A DNA stretch of 22,248 bases, from positions 1-22,248 of IMG/VR virus record IMGVR_UViG_2778261418_000019, one strand, 5' to 3'. A program made the position numbers and the translations under genes. The DNA is from a virus. Taxonomy: Duplodnaviria; Heunggongvirae; Uroviricota; Caudoviricetes. Each line of letters starts with the position of its first letter. Position 1 is the first letter of the stretch. Under the pieces are notes generated by a model. That model saw nothing but the letters and a program-made list of their open reading frames with translations, had not been told where the DNA came from and did no database searches. Positions 1 through 7,059 of the stretch are shown piece by piece.

Positions 1-300
1 GTGCAATATATTAAACTAAGTGAATATAAATTATTTCATCGTTATGATTATGAAGGCGATGTATGTATTAATGTGTTTTCGAATATGGTGATTTATTTTG
101 ATGGCTATGACCGTGTTGTACTTGATCGTAGTACAAATACCTTCACGTATCAAAATATTGAAACTGCAACCCAACAAGAAATAGAAGATTACACTACCAT
201 CAAAGAAGAATTGATCTTCCAGTACAGCACACTGATTGACGTCGAGAAATACATCTCAATTCAAGAAGAAATGAAGAAACTAAACGATATGTACGAATAA
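1..300 (+). CDS. hypothetical protein (99 aa; may be 5'-truncated at window edge, GTG at position 1)
   Basis: ORF track; open frame ends TAA 298-300 and is followed by a hairpin at 303-325. No recognisable motif. Confidence 0.4.
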   Translation: MQYIKLSEYKLFHRYDYEGDVCINVFSNMVIYFDGYDRVVLDRSTNTFTYQNIETATQQEIEDYTTIKEELIFQYSTLIDVEKYISIQEEMKKLNDMYE

Positions 301-302
301 AA

Positions 303-325
303 AAGCCCACTTAATGTGGGCTTCA
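303..325. terminator. bidirectional intrinsic terminator-like hairpin (AGCCCAC-TTAA-GTGGGCT)
   Basis: Stem GCCCAC/GTGGGC with a 4-nt loop. An A-run lies on the 5' side on the + strand, so the minus-strand transcript sees a T-run (TTTTTTAT) after the hairpin; the + strand side is T-rich (TTCATTGTTTCATT). Confidence 0.55.
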
Positions 326-333
326 TTGTTTCA

Positions 334-516
334 TTATACGGCTTTTTCTACATGGTACGCGGCGAAGTGAAAGGAAGTAAATGTACCCGACGCTGCGTTA
401 TTCTTATGTACGGTACGGTATTTGTTATCCTCACCTTTTACTACTGCCCCCATATATACATCGTTAACCATGATATCAGTGATGTTACCGCGTTCTAAGT
501 AAGTTACTGTATTCAT
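334..516 (-). CDS. hypothetical small protein (about 60 aa from ATG at 516-514; ORF track extends to a TTG at 549)
   Basis: Only plausible minus-strand gene in the window. ATG at 516 is preceded on the minus strand by AAGGGA about 7 nt upstream, and the ORF ends at the bidirectional hairpin. The overlapping + strand ORF 316-498 starts inside the hairpin and lacks an RBS. Confidence 0.35.
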   Translation of the reverse strand: MNTVTYLERGNITDIMVNDVYMGAVVKGEDNKYRTVHKNNAASGTFTSFHFAAYHVEKAV

Positions 517-556
517 TATATATCCCTTCGTAGTAGTGTTTTGCTTCAATAAAGAC

Positions 557-584
557 AGTATACACTACCGTTAGTTACTATCAA
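557..584 (-). promoter_or_regulatory. candidate sigma70-like promoter for the minus-strand gene (TTGATA-N16-TATACT on minus strand)
   Basis: Read by eye on the reverse complement: -35 at 579-584, -10 at 557-562, 16-nt spacer. Confidence 0.3.
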
Positions 585-620
585 GTGTTTTCTACTAATA
601 AAATATTTTAGTAACTAGTG

Positions 621-649
621 TTGACGTTAGATACTAATGATCCTAGTAT
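621..649 (+). promoter_or_regulatory. candidate sigma70-like promoter (TTGACG-N17-TAGTAT) for the + strand small genes, overlapped by inverted repeats
   Basis: TTGACG 621-626, 17-nt spacer, TAGTAT 644-649. Inverted repeat GATACTA (630-636) / TAGTATC (644-650) overlaps the spacer and -10; a 9-bp inverted repeat TAGTTACTA (572-580) / TAGTAACTA (609-617) lies just upstream. Confidence 0.3.
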
Positions 650-678
650 CAGTGGTGTCAATACAACGAGGACACAAC

Positions 679-765
679 ATGACGTTCACTATCACTAAAG
701 AGCATGTACTATTTGTAGTCATCATAACCTTGTTACTAATCGTAGGGAGTATCGAAAATGTCTAA
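679..765 (+). CDS. putative 28-aa hydrophobic peptide (MTFTITKEHVLFVVIITLLLIVGSIENV)
   Basis: ATG 679 with GAGGA 6 nt upstream; single predicted membrane-spanning stretch; overlaps the next ORF by 8 nt. Below the ORF-track length cut-off. Confidence 0.25.
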   Translation: MTFTITKEHVLFVVIITLLLIVGSIENV

Positions 766-928
766 GGGTGTATCTACTGATTTGATCATTAAGGCACATG
801 ATTTAGGATTCAAGATTAACGAGATTGATAATCGTGTAACGGGAATGTTTCATATAGTAATTAGTTCCCGTCATAATGAGCGTGAATTATTCAGTATGTT
901 TCTTATGTCTGGTGGCTTGTTCCATTAG
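758..928 (+). CDS. hypothetical small protein (56 aa)
   Basis: ATG 758 preceded by GGGAG at 745-749; open to TAG 926-928. Not in the ORF track (under 60 aa). Confidence 0.4.
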   Translation: MSKGVSTDLIIKAHDLGFKINEIDNRVTGMFHIVISSRHNERELFSMFLMSGGLFH

Positions 929-1055
929 GAAAAGAACATCAATTTACCTAAGAGTGTAACCGATAAGATCACTATTGCCCGATTCGATGGTGAACGTGCT
1001 TTCACTTCATTACTAGAAGTAGTATCCGAAGAAATTACTAACGTACATTAATCAA

Positions 1056-1094
1056 TTAACACTACTAGTACATTTTCGGTACTAGTAGTGTTAA
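1056..1094. repeat. perfect 16-bp inverted repeat (TTAACACTACTAGTAC / GTACTAGTAGTGTTAA) with a 7-nt loop
   Basis: Directly verified: 1056-1071 is the exact reverse complement of 1079-1094; loop ATTTTCG. No T-run follows on either strand. Confidence 0.7.
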
Positions 1095-1106
1095 TATGGA
1101 CACTCT

Positions 1107-1208
1107 ATGAAAAAATTAACCTTTACTTACCTTGCGGCTGCAAATTTCTTTTTCTTCATTGCTGGGATCTTTACATGCGTATTAGTTGTATTGCTGGTGG
1201 ACTTATAA
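1107..1208 (+). CDS. putative 33-aa hydrophobic peptide (MKKLTFTYLAAANFFFFIAGIFTCVLVVLLVDL)
   Basis: ATG 1107 about 13 nt after the 16-bp hairpin; KK followed by an uninterrupted hydrophobic stretch; no clear SD. Alternative frame to the ORF-track ORF 1088-1372. Confidence 0.2.
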   Translation: MKKLTFTYLAAANFFFFIAGIFTCVLVVLLVDL

Positions 1209-1252
1209 CCGAAGTTTTCGACGATCACGACCGAAAGGTAGGGGCGGTCACT

Positions 1253-1372
1253 ATGTCTAAGCATCCCCTACACATCAATAAGCCTTTTAGTGATGGTAAG
1301 ACGTGGCACACTACCTATAACGAAGCACTATTGAACTTACTAACTAGAAAACGCGTGAACATTAAGCTATGA
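1253..1372 (+). CDS. hypothetical small protein (39 aa from ATG 1253; the same frame is open back to GTG 1088 and ATG 1175)
   Basis: ORF-track frame 1088-1372. The GTG start lies inside the hairpin arm, so an internal ATG is more plausible. Its stop overlaps the next start (ATGA at 1369-1372), suggesting translational coupling. Confidence 0.25.
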   Translation: MSKHPLHINKPFSDGKTWHTTYNEALLNLLTRKRVNIKL

Positions 1373-1590
1373 ATGATCTTAATGATCTAAACGTGCTCTA
1401 TATAGATACAGTACGAAAACTTACCGAAGAAGATCTACTACGTGATTTTGGTCTTACAAGTGAGATGATAAACACTTTGAAGGAGATCCCACTTGCAAAT
1501 ATAGGTAAACTAACCGAATGTACTCAGTTACTGTTAAAATCAAACGAGGCTGTACTATGGGAAGCATTAAAAGCATTACCGCAAAGATGA
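1369..1590 (+). CDS. hypothetical protein (73 aa)
   Basis: ORF track; ATG overlaps the upstream stop; no recognisable motif. Confidence 0.5.
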   Translation: MNDLNDLNVLYIDTVRKLTEEDLLRDFGLTSEMINTLKEIPLANIGKLTECTQLLLKSNEAVLWEALKALPQR

Positions 1591-2240
1591 TCAGTACGAT
1601 TCTTAATGATGATTTTCATGTAGGTATGTTGACTGCCGACGCAACAGGCCGCAATGCACTGGCAAACGTCAACGAAGAAGATATAGATACACTTATTCAA
1701 CGCCTGGAAGAAGTGAAAGACTATGTTAGTACACTTCGTACCGAGCGTATAAACGAAGCTAAGAAACTATTAGAATCACTTGTACAAGAGTCTGGTAGCT
1801 TCTCTAGTGTAGAGGAACTGCTTTCTACACTTGCCGTATCTTCTCCTGCTTCCATACCACAAAAAGCATCGAAGCCAAACGGCAATAAAATATTCGAAGT
1901 AGTCATAGTTGATAGCAAGAAGGACGAAAGAAGATCCTATAATGTAATCAATAAGAAGTTACCAGCGGCATTACTCAAGGATGAAGTATACATTCAGTTG
2001 GTTAAGAAGAATCCCGAACTATCAGACGTTGACGAGTTTTTACGGGCGTATAGTGAGGACTATCGCAAAAAATACCCGCTTAATGCGAAGTGGAACGGTC
2101 ATGAGTTCCATCTAAACCAGAAAGGGAAGATGAACGCGAAAGCACAGGAATACTACGCCGAGTACAAGAAGCAGTACCCCAAACAGGCCGACGAGCAAGA
2201 CTTCAAAGAGCTTGTTACTAAAGCCTATAAGGTAGCATAA
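1557..2240 (+). CDS. hypothetical protein, about 227 aa, with predicted coiled-coil N-terminal half and basic Lys/Tyr-rich C-terminus
   Basis: ORF track frame 1518-2240. ATG 1557 has GAGG 7 nt upstream, whereas 1518 is deep inside the preceding ORF. Followed by an 11-bp-stem hairpin. Confidence 0.55.
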   Translation: MGSIKSITAKMISTILNDDFHVGMLTADATGRNALANVNEEDIDTLIQRLEEVKDYVSTLRTERINEAKKLLESLVQESGSFSSVEELLSTLAVSSPASIPQKASKPNGNKIFEVVIVDSKKDERRSYNVINKKLPAALLKDEVYIQLVKKNPELSDVDEFLRAYSEDYRKKYPLNAKWNGHEFHLNQKGKMNAKAQEYYAEYKKQYPKQADEQDFKELVTKAYKVA

Positions 2241-2248
2241 GAAGAATA

Positions 2249-2279
2249 ATAGCTACTACACAGATAAAGTAGTAGCTAT
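2249..2279 (+). terminator. stem-loop (ATAGCTACTAC / GTAGTAGCTAT, 9-nt loop), possible terminator with weak U-tract
   Basis: Perfect 11-bp inverted repeat directly after the stop at 2240. Confidence 0.35.
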
Positions 2280-2348
2280 TACTAAATATCATAGCTATAA
2301 TAATTCACATCAAGCATCACTCCACACAATCACTAAAAGGAATTACTA

Positions 2349-2729
2349 ATGAAGCATCTCTTTGCCCTAGCTGTACTTGCTACTGCTACAATCACTACTG
2401 GCTGCACTACTACAATGCCTGCATTTATGAATGAAGCTGTAGTAGGTGATATTAACGGTCGTACACTAGTATTATTCCCCGTAAATGGTGGCAAAGAGTA
2501 TCGCCCACAATTCAGTAGTGATTGTCAGCCAATGCTATTAGGTGAAGAACGCCCATCTACTGGTAACTGTATTATTGCCGCCGCCCGCCTTACAAACATT
2601 CATAGCTACACCGAACATAAAGCCCACGGCCCCCACAAAAACACCACTAAGATAGTTGATCGTTCAAATAATTACGGTACAGAATTTGAGTTATCGAAAC
2701 CAACTAATTATATAGGCGATAATCTGTGA
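2349..2729 (+). CDS. predicted secreted protein or lipoprotein (126 aa; signal peptide ending ...ATITTG-C)
   Basis: AAAGGAA RBS 8 nt upstream; hydrophobic N-terminus MKHLFALAVLATATITTGC with Cys right after the h-region (relaxed lipobox); five Cys in the mature part. Confidence 0.6.
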   Translation: MKHLFALAVLATATITTGCTTTMPAFMNEAVVGDINGRTLVLFPVNGGKEYRPQFSSDCQPMLLGEERPSTGNCIIAAARLTNIHSYTEHKAHGPHKNTTKIVDRSNNYGTEFELSKPTNYIGDNL

Positions 2730-2818
2730 TGAAGAAAACAATATTTGCCGTACTTTTAGTTATGGGGACTGCATATTACTATGATATAATAAAATATATT
2801 AATCCCACTTATTAAATT
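2729..2818 (+). CDS. putative 29-aa membrane peptide (MKKTIFAVLLVMGTAYYYDIIKYINPTY)
   Basis: ATG overlaps the upstream stop (TGATG at 2727-2731); KK then hydrophobic stretch. Below the ORF-track cut-off. Confidence 0.25.
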
Positions 2819-2908
2819 GCAGTCGCCGTAATCAAAAACACTGTCATTATCTGGCATCAATAATGCCATTGATTCTGATAAAGTAGATAATCCCGAATGG
2901 ATGAATTT

Positions 2909-3289
2909 ATGAAAAAGATTGTACTGTCTGCATTACTGTTAGTAGCCCCTTCGGTACTGGCAGTAAATGTAATACTCCCTGATGATGGTCTGTATCGTTG
3001 CGGTGTTGAATCGTGGGAACAGGTAGGAAAGCGAGTAGTAAAGACTGGTTATTATGGTATGACTGGTTATGTGAGTATTGATAACCGTGCTGTTAGTGTG
3101 AAGTTTAGGGATGTGAATATTTCATTCAGCCCTGTTTCAAAACTTAAAAGCGGTCGCCTGATGGCCTATGCCGTAGATACTGACCAGTACGATATTATTA
3201 TTAGTGCAATCAATGGTAAAACACAGTATATGGTCAGCAATGAGAATAATCCCGTATTTTTGAACTTCTCCAATTGTATTATTGAATAA
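2909..3289 (+). CDS. secreted protein, paralog 1 (signal peptide MKKIVLSALLLVAPSVLA; ORF-track start is 2897)
   Basis: Signal peptide nearly identical to that of ORF 3299-3685; conserved LPxxGLYxC after the cleavage site and NC(I/V) near the C-terminus. Confidence 0.6.
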   Translation: MKKIVLSALLLVAPSVLAVNVILPDDGLYRCGVESWEQVGKRVVKTGYYGMTGYVSIDNRAVSVKFRDVNISFSPVSKLKSGRLMAYAVDTDQYDIIISAINGKTQYMVSNENNPVFLNFSNCIIE

Positions 3290-3298
3290 GGAATAGAA

Positions 3299-3685
3299 AT
3301 GAAAAAGGTTATCGTATCTGCATTACTGTTAGTAGCTCCTTCGGTACTGGCTAACACTCACTCTCTACCAGAGCAGGGATTGTATCAATGTGATGTGAAA
3401 GTAGTTGAAATGCTGGGTGATACTCCAGTAGAAAAATCTTCTTATTCTGGTGCAGGTCACGCTAAAGTTAATAGTGATGGTTTTATCCTTAACTTCGGTG
3501 CAATGACTCACGCCACCGGACCAATAGAATCTAATGATTCAATGACAATGGCTTATGATAATGATAGGCAGCGATACTTCCTTGCAACAATGGGTAGTAA
3601 AGAGCAAAACGATATTACTTTTATCTTCTCATTGAGATCTGATACTCGTAATTACTACTTTCAAAACTGCGTTAAAATAAAATAA
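3299..3685 (+). CDS. secreted protein, paralog 2 (signal peptide MKKVIVSALLLVAPSVLA)
   Basis: AAGGAA RBS 6 nt upstream; tandem paralog of 2909-3289; mature domain diverged. Confidence 0.6.
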   Translation: MKKVIVSALLLVAPSVLANTHSLPEQGLYQCDVKVVEMLGDTPVEKSSYSGAGHAKVNSDGFILNFGAMTHATGPIESNDSMTMAYDNDRQRYFLATMGSKEQNDITFIFSLRSDTRNYYFQNCVKIK

Positions 3686-3696
3686 GGGATATATAT

Positions 3697-3906
3697 ATGT
3701 CAGAGAAACTAATTAAAGCAATCCGTAATATTACGGAATATAATATGAGTATTGAGCGTATCATTGTTAGTACCGAAGACCAGCAACACTATTATAGTAT
3801 TAATCCTTATAAGGAAACTGTAATAAAGGTAGCAGACCAATACGGCAAACCAATTGAAGGAGAAGTAGAAATACCACAAATACCGCCATTATTCGATACT
3901 AACTAA
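3697..3906 (+). CDS. hypothetical protein (69 aa)
   Basis: AAGGGA RBS 8 nt upstream; followed by a strong terminator. Confidence 0.5.
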   Translation: MSEKLIKAIRNITEYNMSIERIIVSTEDQQHYYSINPYKETVIKVADQYGKPIEGEVEIPQIPPLFDTN

Positions 3907-3912
3907 TAATAT

Positions 3913-3943
3913 AGCCCACTAATAAAAGTGGGCTTTTTTATTC
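3913..3943 (+). terminator. rho-independent terminator (AGCCCACT-AATAAA-AGTGGGCT + TTTTTTATT)
   Basis: Perfect 8-bp stem, 6-nt loop, then T6. Stem core resembles the hairpin at 303-325. Confidence 0.7.
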
Positions 3944-3984
3944 CTGCCTAAATACTCCTATACATGCAATAGGAGTATCCCACC

Positions 3985-4371
3985 ATGAATACAATCTACC
4001 TACACTTCCCTGATGGAACGTATAAGGCCATAGAAAGCACCACAGGCCGACAGGAATCAGGATACATACCATCACGCAAGGATAAGCTAATAACCGCTCA
4101 TATCATCACACAGGACGGTTACGAGCTATTCATAGATACCTATACACTAACGCTTAAGTATAAATACATTACATTAAACTACTCACGCTTCACCATAGGC
4201 CGTACTAATTACCCTATCAATGCACTAGATACATTCAGCGGTAGTGAGCTACCACACTTAACCCGACTAAGGGAACTACGCGACGAGATCTTACAGTACC
4301 GTACCGTAGATGGTCTGCCTATCTCTTATCGTTGTGATGTAATCGTTAGTAATATGGTGATACTCAAGTAG
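3985..4371 (+). CDS. hypothetical protein (128 aa)
   Basis: ORF track; AGGAG about 11 nt upstream; no recognisable motif. Confidence 0.5.
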   Translation: MNTIYLHFPDGTYKAIESTTGRQESGYIPSRKDKLITAHIITQDGYELFIDTYTLTLKYKYITLNYSRFTIGRTNYPINALDTFSGSELPHLTRLRELRDEILQYRTVDGLPISYRCDVIVSNMVILK

Positions 4372-4684
4372 ATTGCATAAGAAGTGCATAACGGCATGGG
4401 TGGCATGATTCTGCACTGATAGGTGATACCTATCAACATTATGTACAATTTGTGCGATCTTATCGAAAAAAGATGAAATTAATTAAAATAAAGGTTGACA
4501 AATAAAAATATAATAGGTTCTCCCAAAAAACGGCAAATAGAGCGAGTTTTCGCCGCGAATTGCAAATAAAATTCGTGGAAAATTTTACAAAGAACAAACA
4601 AAACTATAGATAAAATCTATCAGTACAGAAATAGATAGGAAATATCAATCAATGGAAAAGAATAAAAAGTGAATAGGAAATCAC
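4372..4684. other. 313-bp AT-rich non-coding region upstream of the small terminase gene; candidate packaging (cos/pac) and late regulatory region
   Basis: No ORF of meaningful length. Contains an isolated GC-rich core CGCCGCG (4551-4557), an 8-bp hairpin TGATAGGT-GAT-ACCTATCA (4417-4435), a palindrome ATAGAT-AAA-ATCTAT (4606-4620) and a further ATAGATA (4631-4637). Confidence 0.3.
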
Positions 4685-5254
4685 ATGGCAAAAGTAAAAG
4701 ATGATGGAACAAGATATTCCTGGCAAGAAATTGCCGACCGATTCGGTGTGGAACATTCCACAGTATCCCGTATCTGGTCTGGTAAAGGACTGGATATTAC
4801 ATGGCCTAAGAAATTAGTAGACGACTGGTTACTTGCAAACGTAATCGAACCCCTACGCAATGGTGATACTAAAGGTCAAATACAAAAAGCAAACCTACGC
4901 AAACTAGAAGCAGAAGCAGACCTAAAAGAATTAGAACTACGTCAACAATCTGGTGAACTAATTCCGGTAGCAGTAGTACAGCAAACATTATCACAATATT
5001 TCTATCAACTAAGACAGGTACTAAGAAGTATTCCAGCGTCGAGTTATGTAGAACTATTTGAATCACAGGACGCCTTAGAATTAAAAATTAAATTACAGGA
5101 CAAGATAGACCGCCAGCTAGAAGAAATCGGCGGGTATGAATATGAGGGAACATATGAAGACCAACTACCAGAAGATGATGAAGATCCTAACGAGGGCGGC
5201 GAAGTCGATCCTACCTCCGAAGAAACAACTACCCGCAGAGTGGGTAGAGAGTAA
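4685..5254 (+). CDS. terminase small subunit (Nu1-like: N-terminal HTH, coiled-coil middle, acidic tail)
   Basis: AGGAAA RBS; N-terminus WQEIADRFGVEHSTVSRIWSGKG resembles the lambda Nu1 helix-turn-helix; sits immediately upstream of the large terminase. Confidence 0.65.
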   Translation: MAKVKDDGTRYSWQEIADRFGVEHSTVSRIWSGKGLDITWPKKLVDDWLLANVIEPLRNGDTKGQIQKANLRKLEAEADLKELELRQQSGELIPVAVVQQTLSQYFYQLRQVLRSIPASSYVELFESQDALELKIKLQDKIDRQLEEIGGYEYEGTYEDQLPEDDEDPNEGGEVDPTSEETTTRRVGRE

Positions 5255-7049
5255 CCTAGTCTTCCCCGATGGCGAACTACAAGGGCAACGCGTCAAATTA
5301 TTTGCCTTTCAACATAAGCCCATCAACGATATAGTTAATCCACGTGTACGTAAAGTGGTACTAATGAGTAGTGCTCAACTTCTCAAAACAACGGTACTAC
5401 AGAATAGTATGTACTACTTCCTAGCCAATGATCCGAGTAACATGATCTTCGGTGGTGCTACTGGCGGTACTACAAGTAAATTCCGTACTGGTAAATGGCA
5501 GGCAGTCATAGAAGCATGTCCGGTGCTGAAAAATCTAGTTAGTAATAAGAATGATAAGAACTATACGAACAATGACAAGACACAACAAAATTTAGATGGT
5601 ACGTTTACCTACTTCCTGTCATTGGGTAGTAGTGCTTCCCTTCGTGGCCTTAGTTCGCCTCGCGTATTCCTAGACGAGATATCAAACGTAGACGCAGACG
5701 GGGATGAAGGCAACCCATTGAAGCTAGCCGAGCAGAGGACGAAAGCATTCTCTAACCCCCTTATTATGTGTTGTTCTACACCACTAGATGAACACGACCT
5801 GATTACTCAACAGTACGAGCAAAGTAATAAACAGAAGTTTTATGTACCGTGTCCACACTGTAACCACTCTCACGAAATGGTATTCGAGAATGTTAAATTT
5901 GAATGGAAGATCATAGAAGGTGGTCGCCGTCGTATCCCCGATGCAGATACTGCAAGATTAGAATGCCCAAAATGTAATAATGTAATCACCGAAGCAGAAC
6001 GTGTACGAATGATTCGTAGGGGTGAATGGGTAGTAACAGCACCAGAAGTAACCGATATAATGGGATATCACATATCTAGACTCTATTCCCCCATCAACTC
6101 CATAAAATCAATAGTAGCAGACTTTGCCGAAGCACATTATACCTTTGACCTTGCATCATTCTATAACAACGTCTTAGGACTACCATATATTGATAAAGAG
6201 AATACCGACCATGATTTGGTACTGTTAGAGAACCTACGCGATAGTGAAATAGATATTAATACCGTGCCAGATGATTGTCAGGGAATCGTATTTGGCGTAG
6301 ACCAACAGTTAGACCGTTTGGAAGTTACTACACTAGGAGTAAGTGAAAAGAATCTATATGTACTAGATCATAGAAGCATTTACGCAATTGACTGTACTAA
6401 GATCGAAGCACCAGCATGGAATAAGCTAACGGCCTTTGCAAATACACCATTTAAAACTAAATCGGGTAAACCATTGAAGGTACTGGCAGGATTCGTAGAT
6501 AGTTCGAACGGCAACGCAACTAGTACCGTATATCGCTATTGCAGTAGTTCTACTATCTTTAAACCAATCAAAGGTGGTACGTCTAACTCTAACCCACTAT
6601 TCAAAGATAGTACCGCTGGTGGTCACTCCCTGATTAACCTTAACGTAAACTTAGGCAAATCAAACGTCCGTCAATTACTCAACCGTGCTGTATCCGATAG
6701 TGAAAATAGTAAGGAAGTACAAATACATTTCAGTCATTCAGTACCGGATGATTACTTTATTCAGCTTACTTCCGAGAAGCGAGTAATAAAGGCTGGTGCC
6801 TGGGTATGGGTGAAGAAAGTTAGTTCGGCGAGAAATGAAACCCTTGATTGTCTTAATTACTCGCTTATATGTTTCCAGTGGTATCTATCCAAGTTAGGTA
6901 GTCAACCATTCCGACAACTAAGGGAATACAACGCTAAACAAAAAGAGAAAGCAGGACTAAATAAAGAAGTAAATACAGAAGAAGCACCAACTAAGCCAAC
7001 TCCAAAACGAGTAATAAGGCCGCGTAAAGGTGGTGGATTCTTTAAATAA
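5136..7049 (+). CDS. terminase large subunit (GpA-like, with Cys-x2-Cys ... Cys-x2-Cys zinc-finger-like motif)
   Basis: 637-aa ORF; N-terminal LPAEWVESNLVFPDGELQG resembles the lambda gpA N-terminus; CPHCNHSH...CPKCNN motif. Exact start uncertain: several in-frame ATGs at 5136-5178, all inside the 3' end of the small terminase gene. Confidence 0.8.
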   Translation: MNMREHMKTNYQKMMKILTRAAKSILPPKKQLPAEWVESNLVFPDGELQGQRVKLFAFQHKPINDIVNPRVRKVVLMSSAQLLKTTVLQNSMYYFLANDPSNMIFGGATGGTTSKFRTGKWQAVIEACPVLKNLVSNKNDKNYTNNDKTQQNLDGTFTYFLSLGSSASLRGLSSPRVFLDEISNVDADGDEGNPLKLAEQRTKAFSNPLIMCCSTPLDEHDLITQQYEQSNKQKFYVPCPHCNHSHEMVFENVKFEWKIIEGGRRRIPDADTARLECPKCNNVITEAERVRMIRRGEWVVTAPEVTDIMGYHISRLYSPINSIKSIVADFAEAHYTFDLASFYNNVLGLPYIDKENTDHDLVLLENLRDSEIDINTVPDDCQGIVFGVDQQLDRLEVTTLGVSEKNLYVLDHRSIYAIDCTKIEAPAWNKLTAFANTPFKTKSGKPLKVLAGFVDSSNGNATSTVYRYCSSSTIFKPIKGGTSNSNPLFKDSTAGGHSLINLNVNLGKSNVRQLLNRAVSDSENSKEVQIHFSHSVPDDYFIQLTSEKRVIKAGAWVWVKKVSSARNETLDCLNYSLICFQWYLSKLGSQPFRQLREYNAKQKEKAGLNKEVNTEEAPTKPTPKRVIRPRKGGGFFK

Positions 7050-7059
7050 GGAAAATAAA

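Noticed and set aside
316-498. + strand ORF of 60 aa from the ORF track
   Set aside because: Its start lies inside the terminator hairpin stem, it has no RBS, and it overlaps the better-supported minus-strand ORF; probably not a gene.
1088-1174. GTG start at 1088 for the 94-aa ORF
   Set aside because: The GTG lies within the right arm of the perfect 16-bp hairpin, which would occlude initiation; internal ATGs at 1175 or 1253 are more plausible if this frame is translated at all.
1557-2240. Possible H-NS-like xenogeneic silencer
   Set aside because: Coiled-coil plus basic C-terminus suggested it, but the characteristic H-NS C-terminal DNA-binding motif is not present; left as hypothetical.
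2349-2818. Lipoprotein plus membrane peptide as an Rz/Rz1-type spanin pair
   Set aside because: The order and sizes do not fit (the lipoprotein is the longer, upstream gene and has no C-terminal transmembrane segment), and no holin or endolysin is visible nearby.
4496-4515. Perfect TTGACA and TATAAT hexamers in the region upstream of the terminase genes
   Set aside because: They are only 8 nt apart, far from the 16-18 nt spacing needed for a sigma70 promoter, so they cannot work as a pair.
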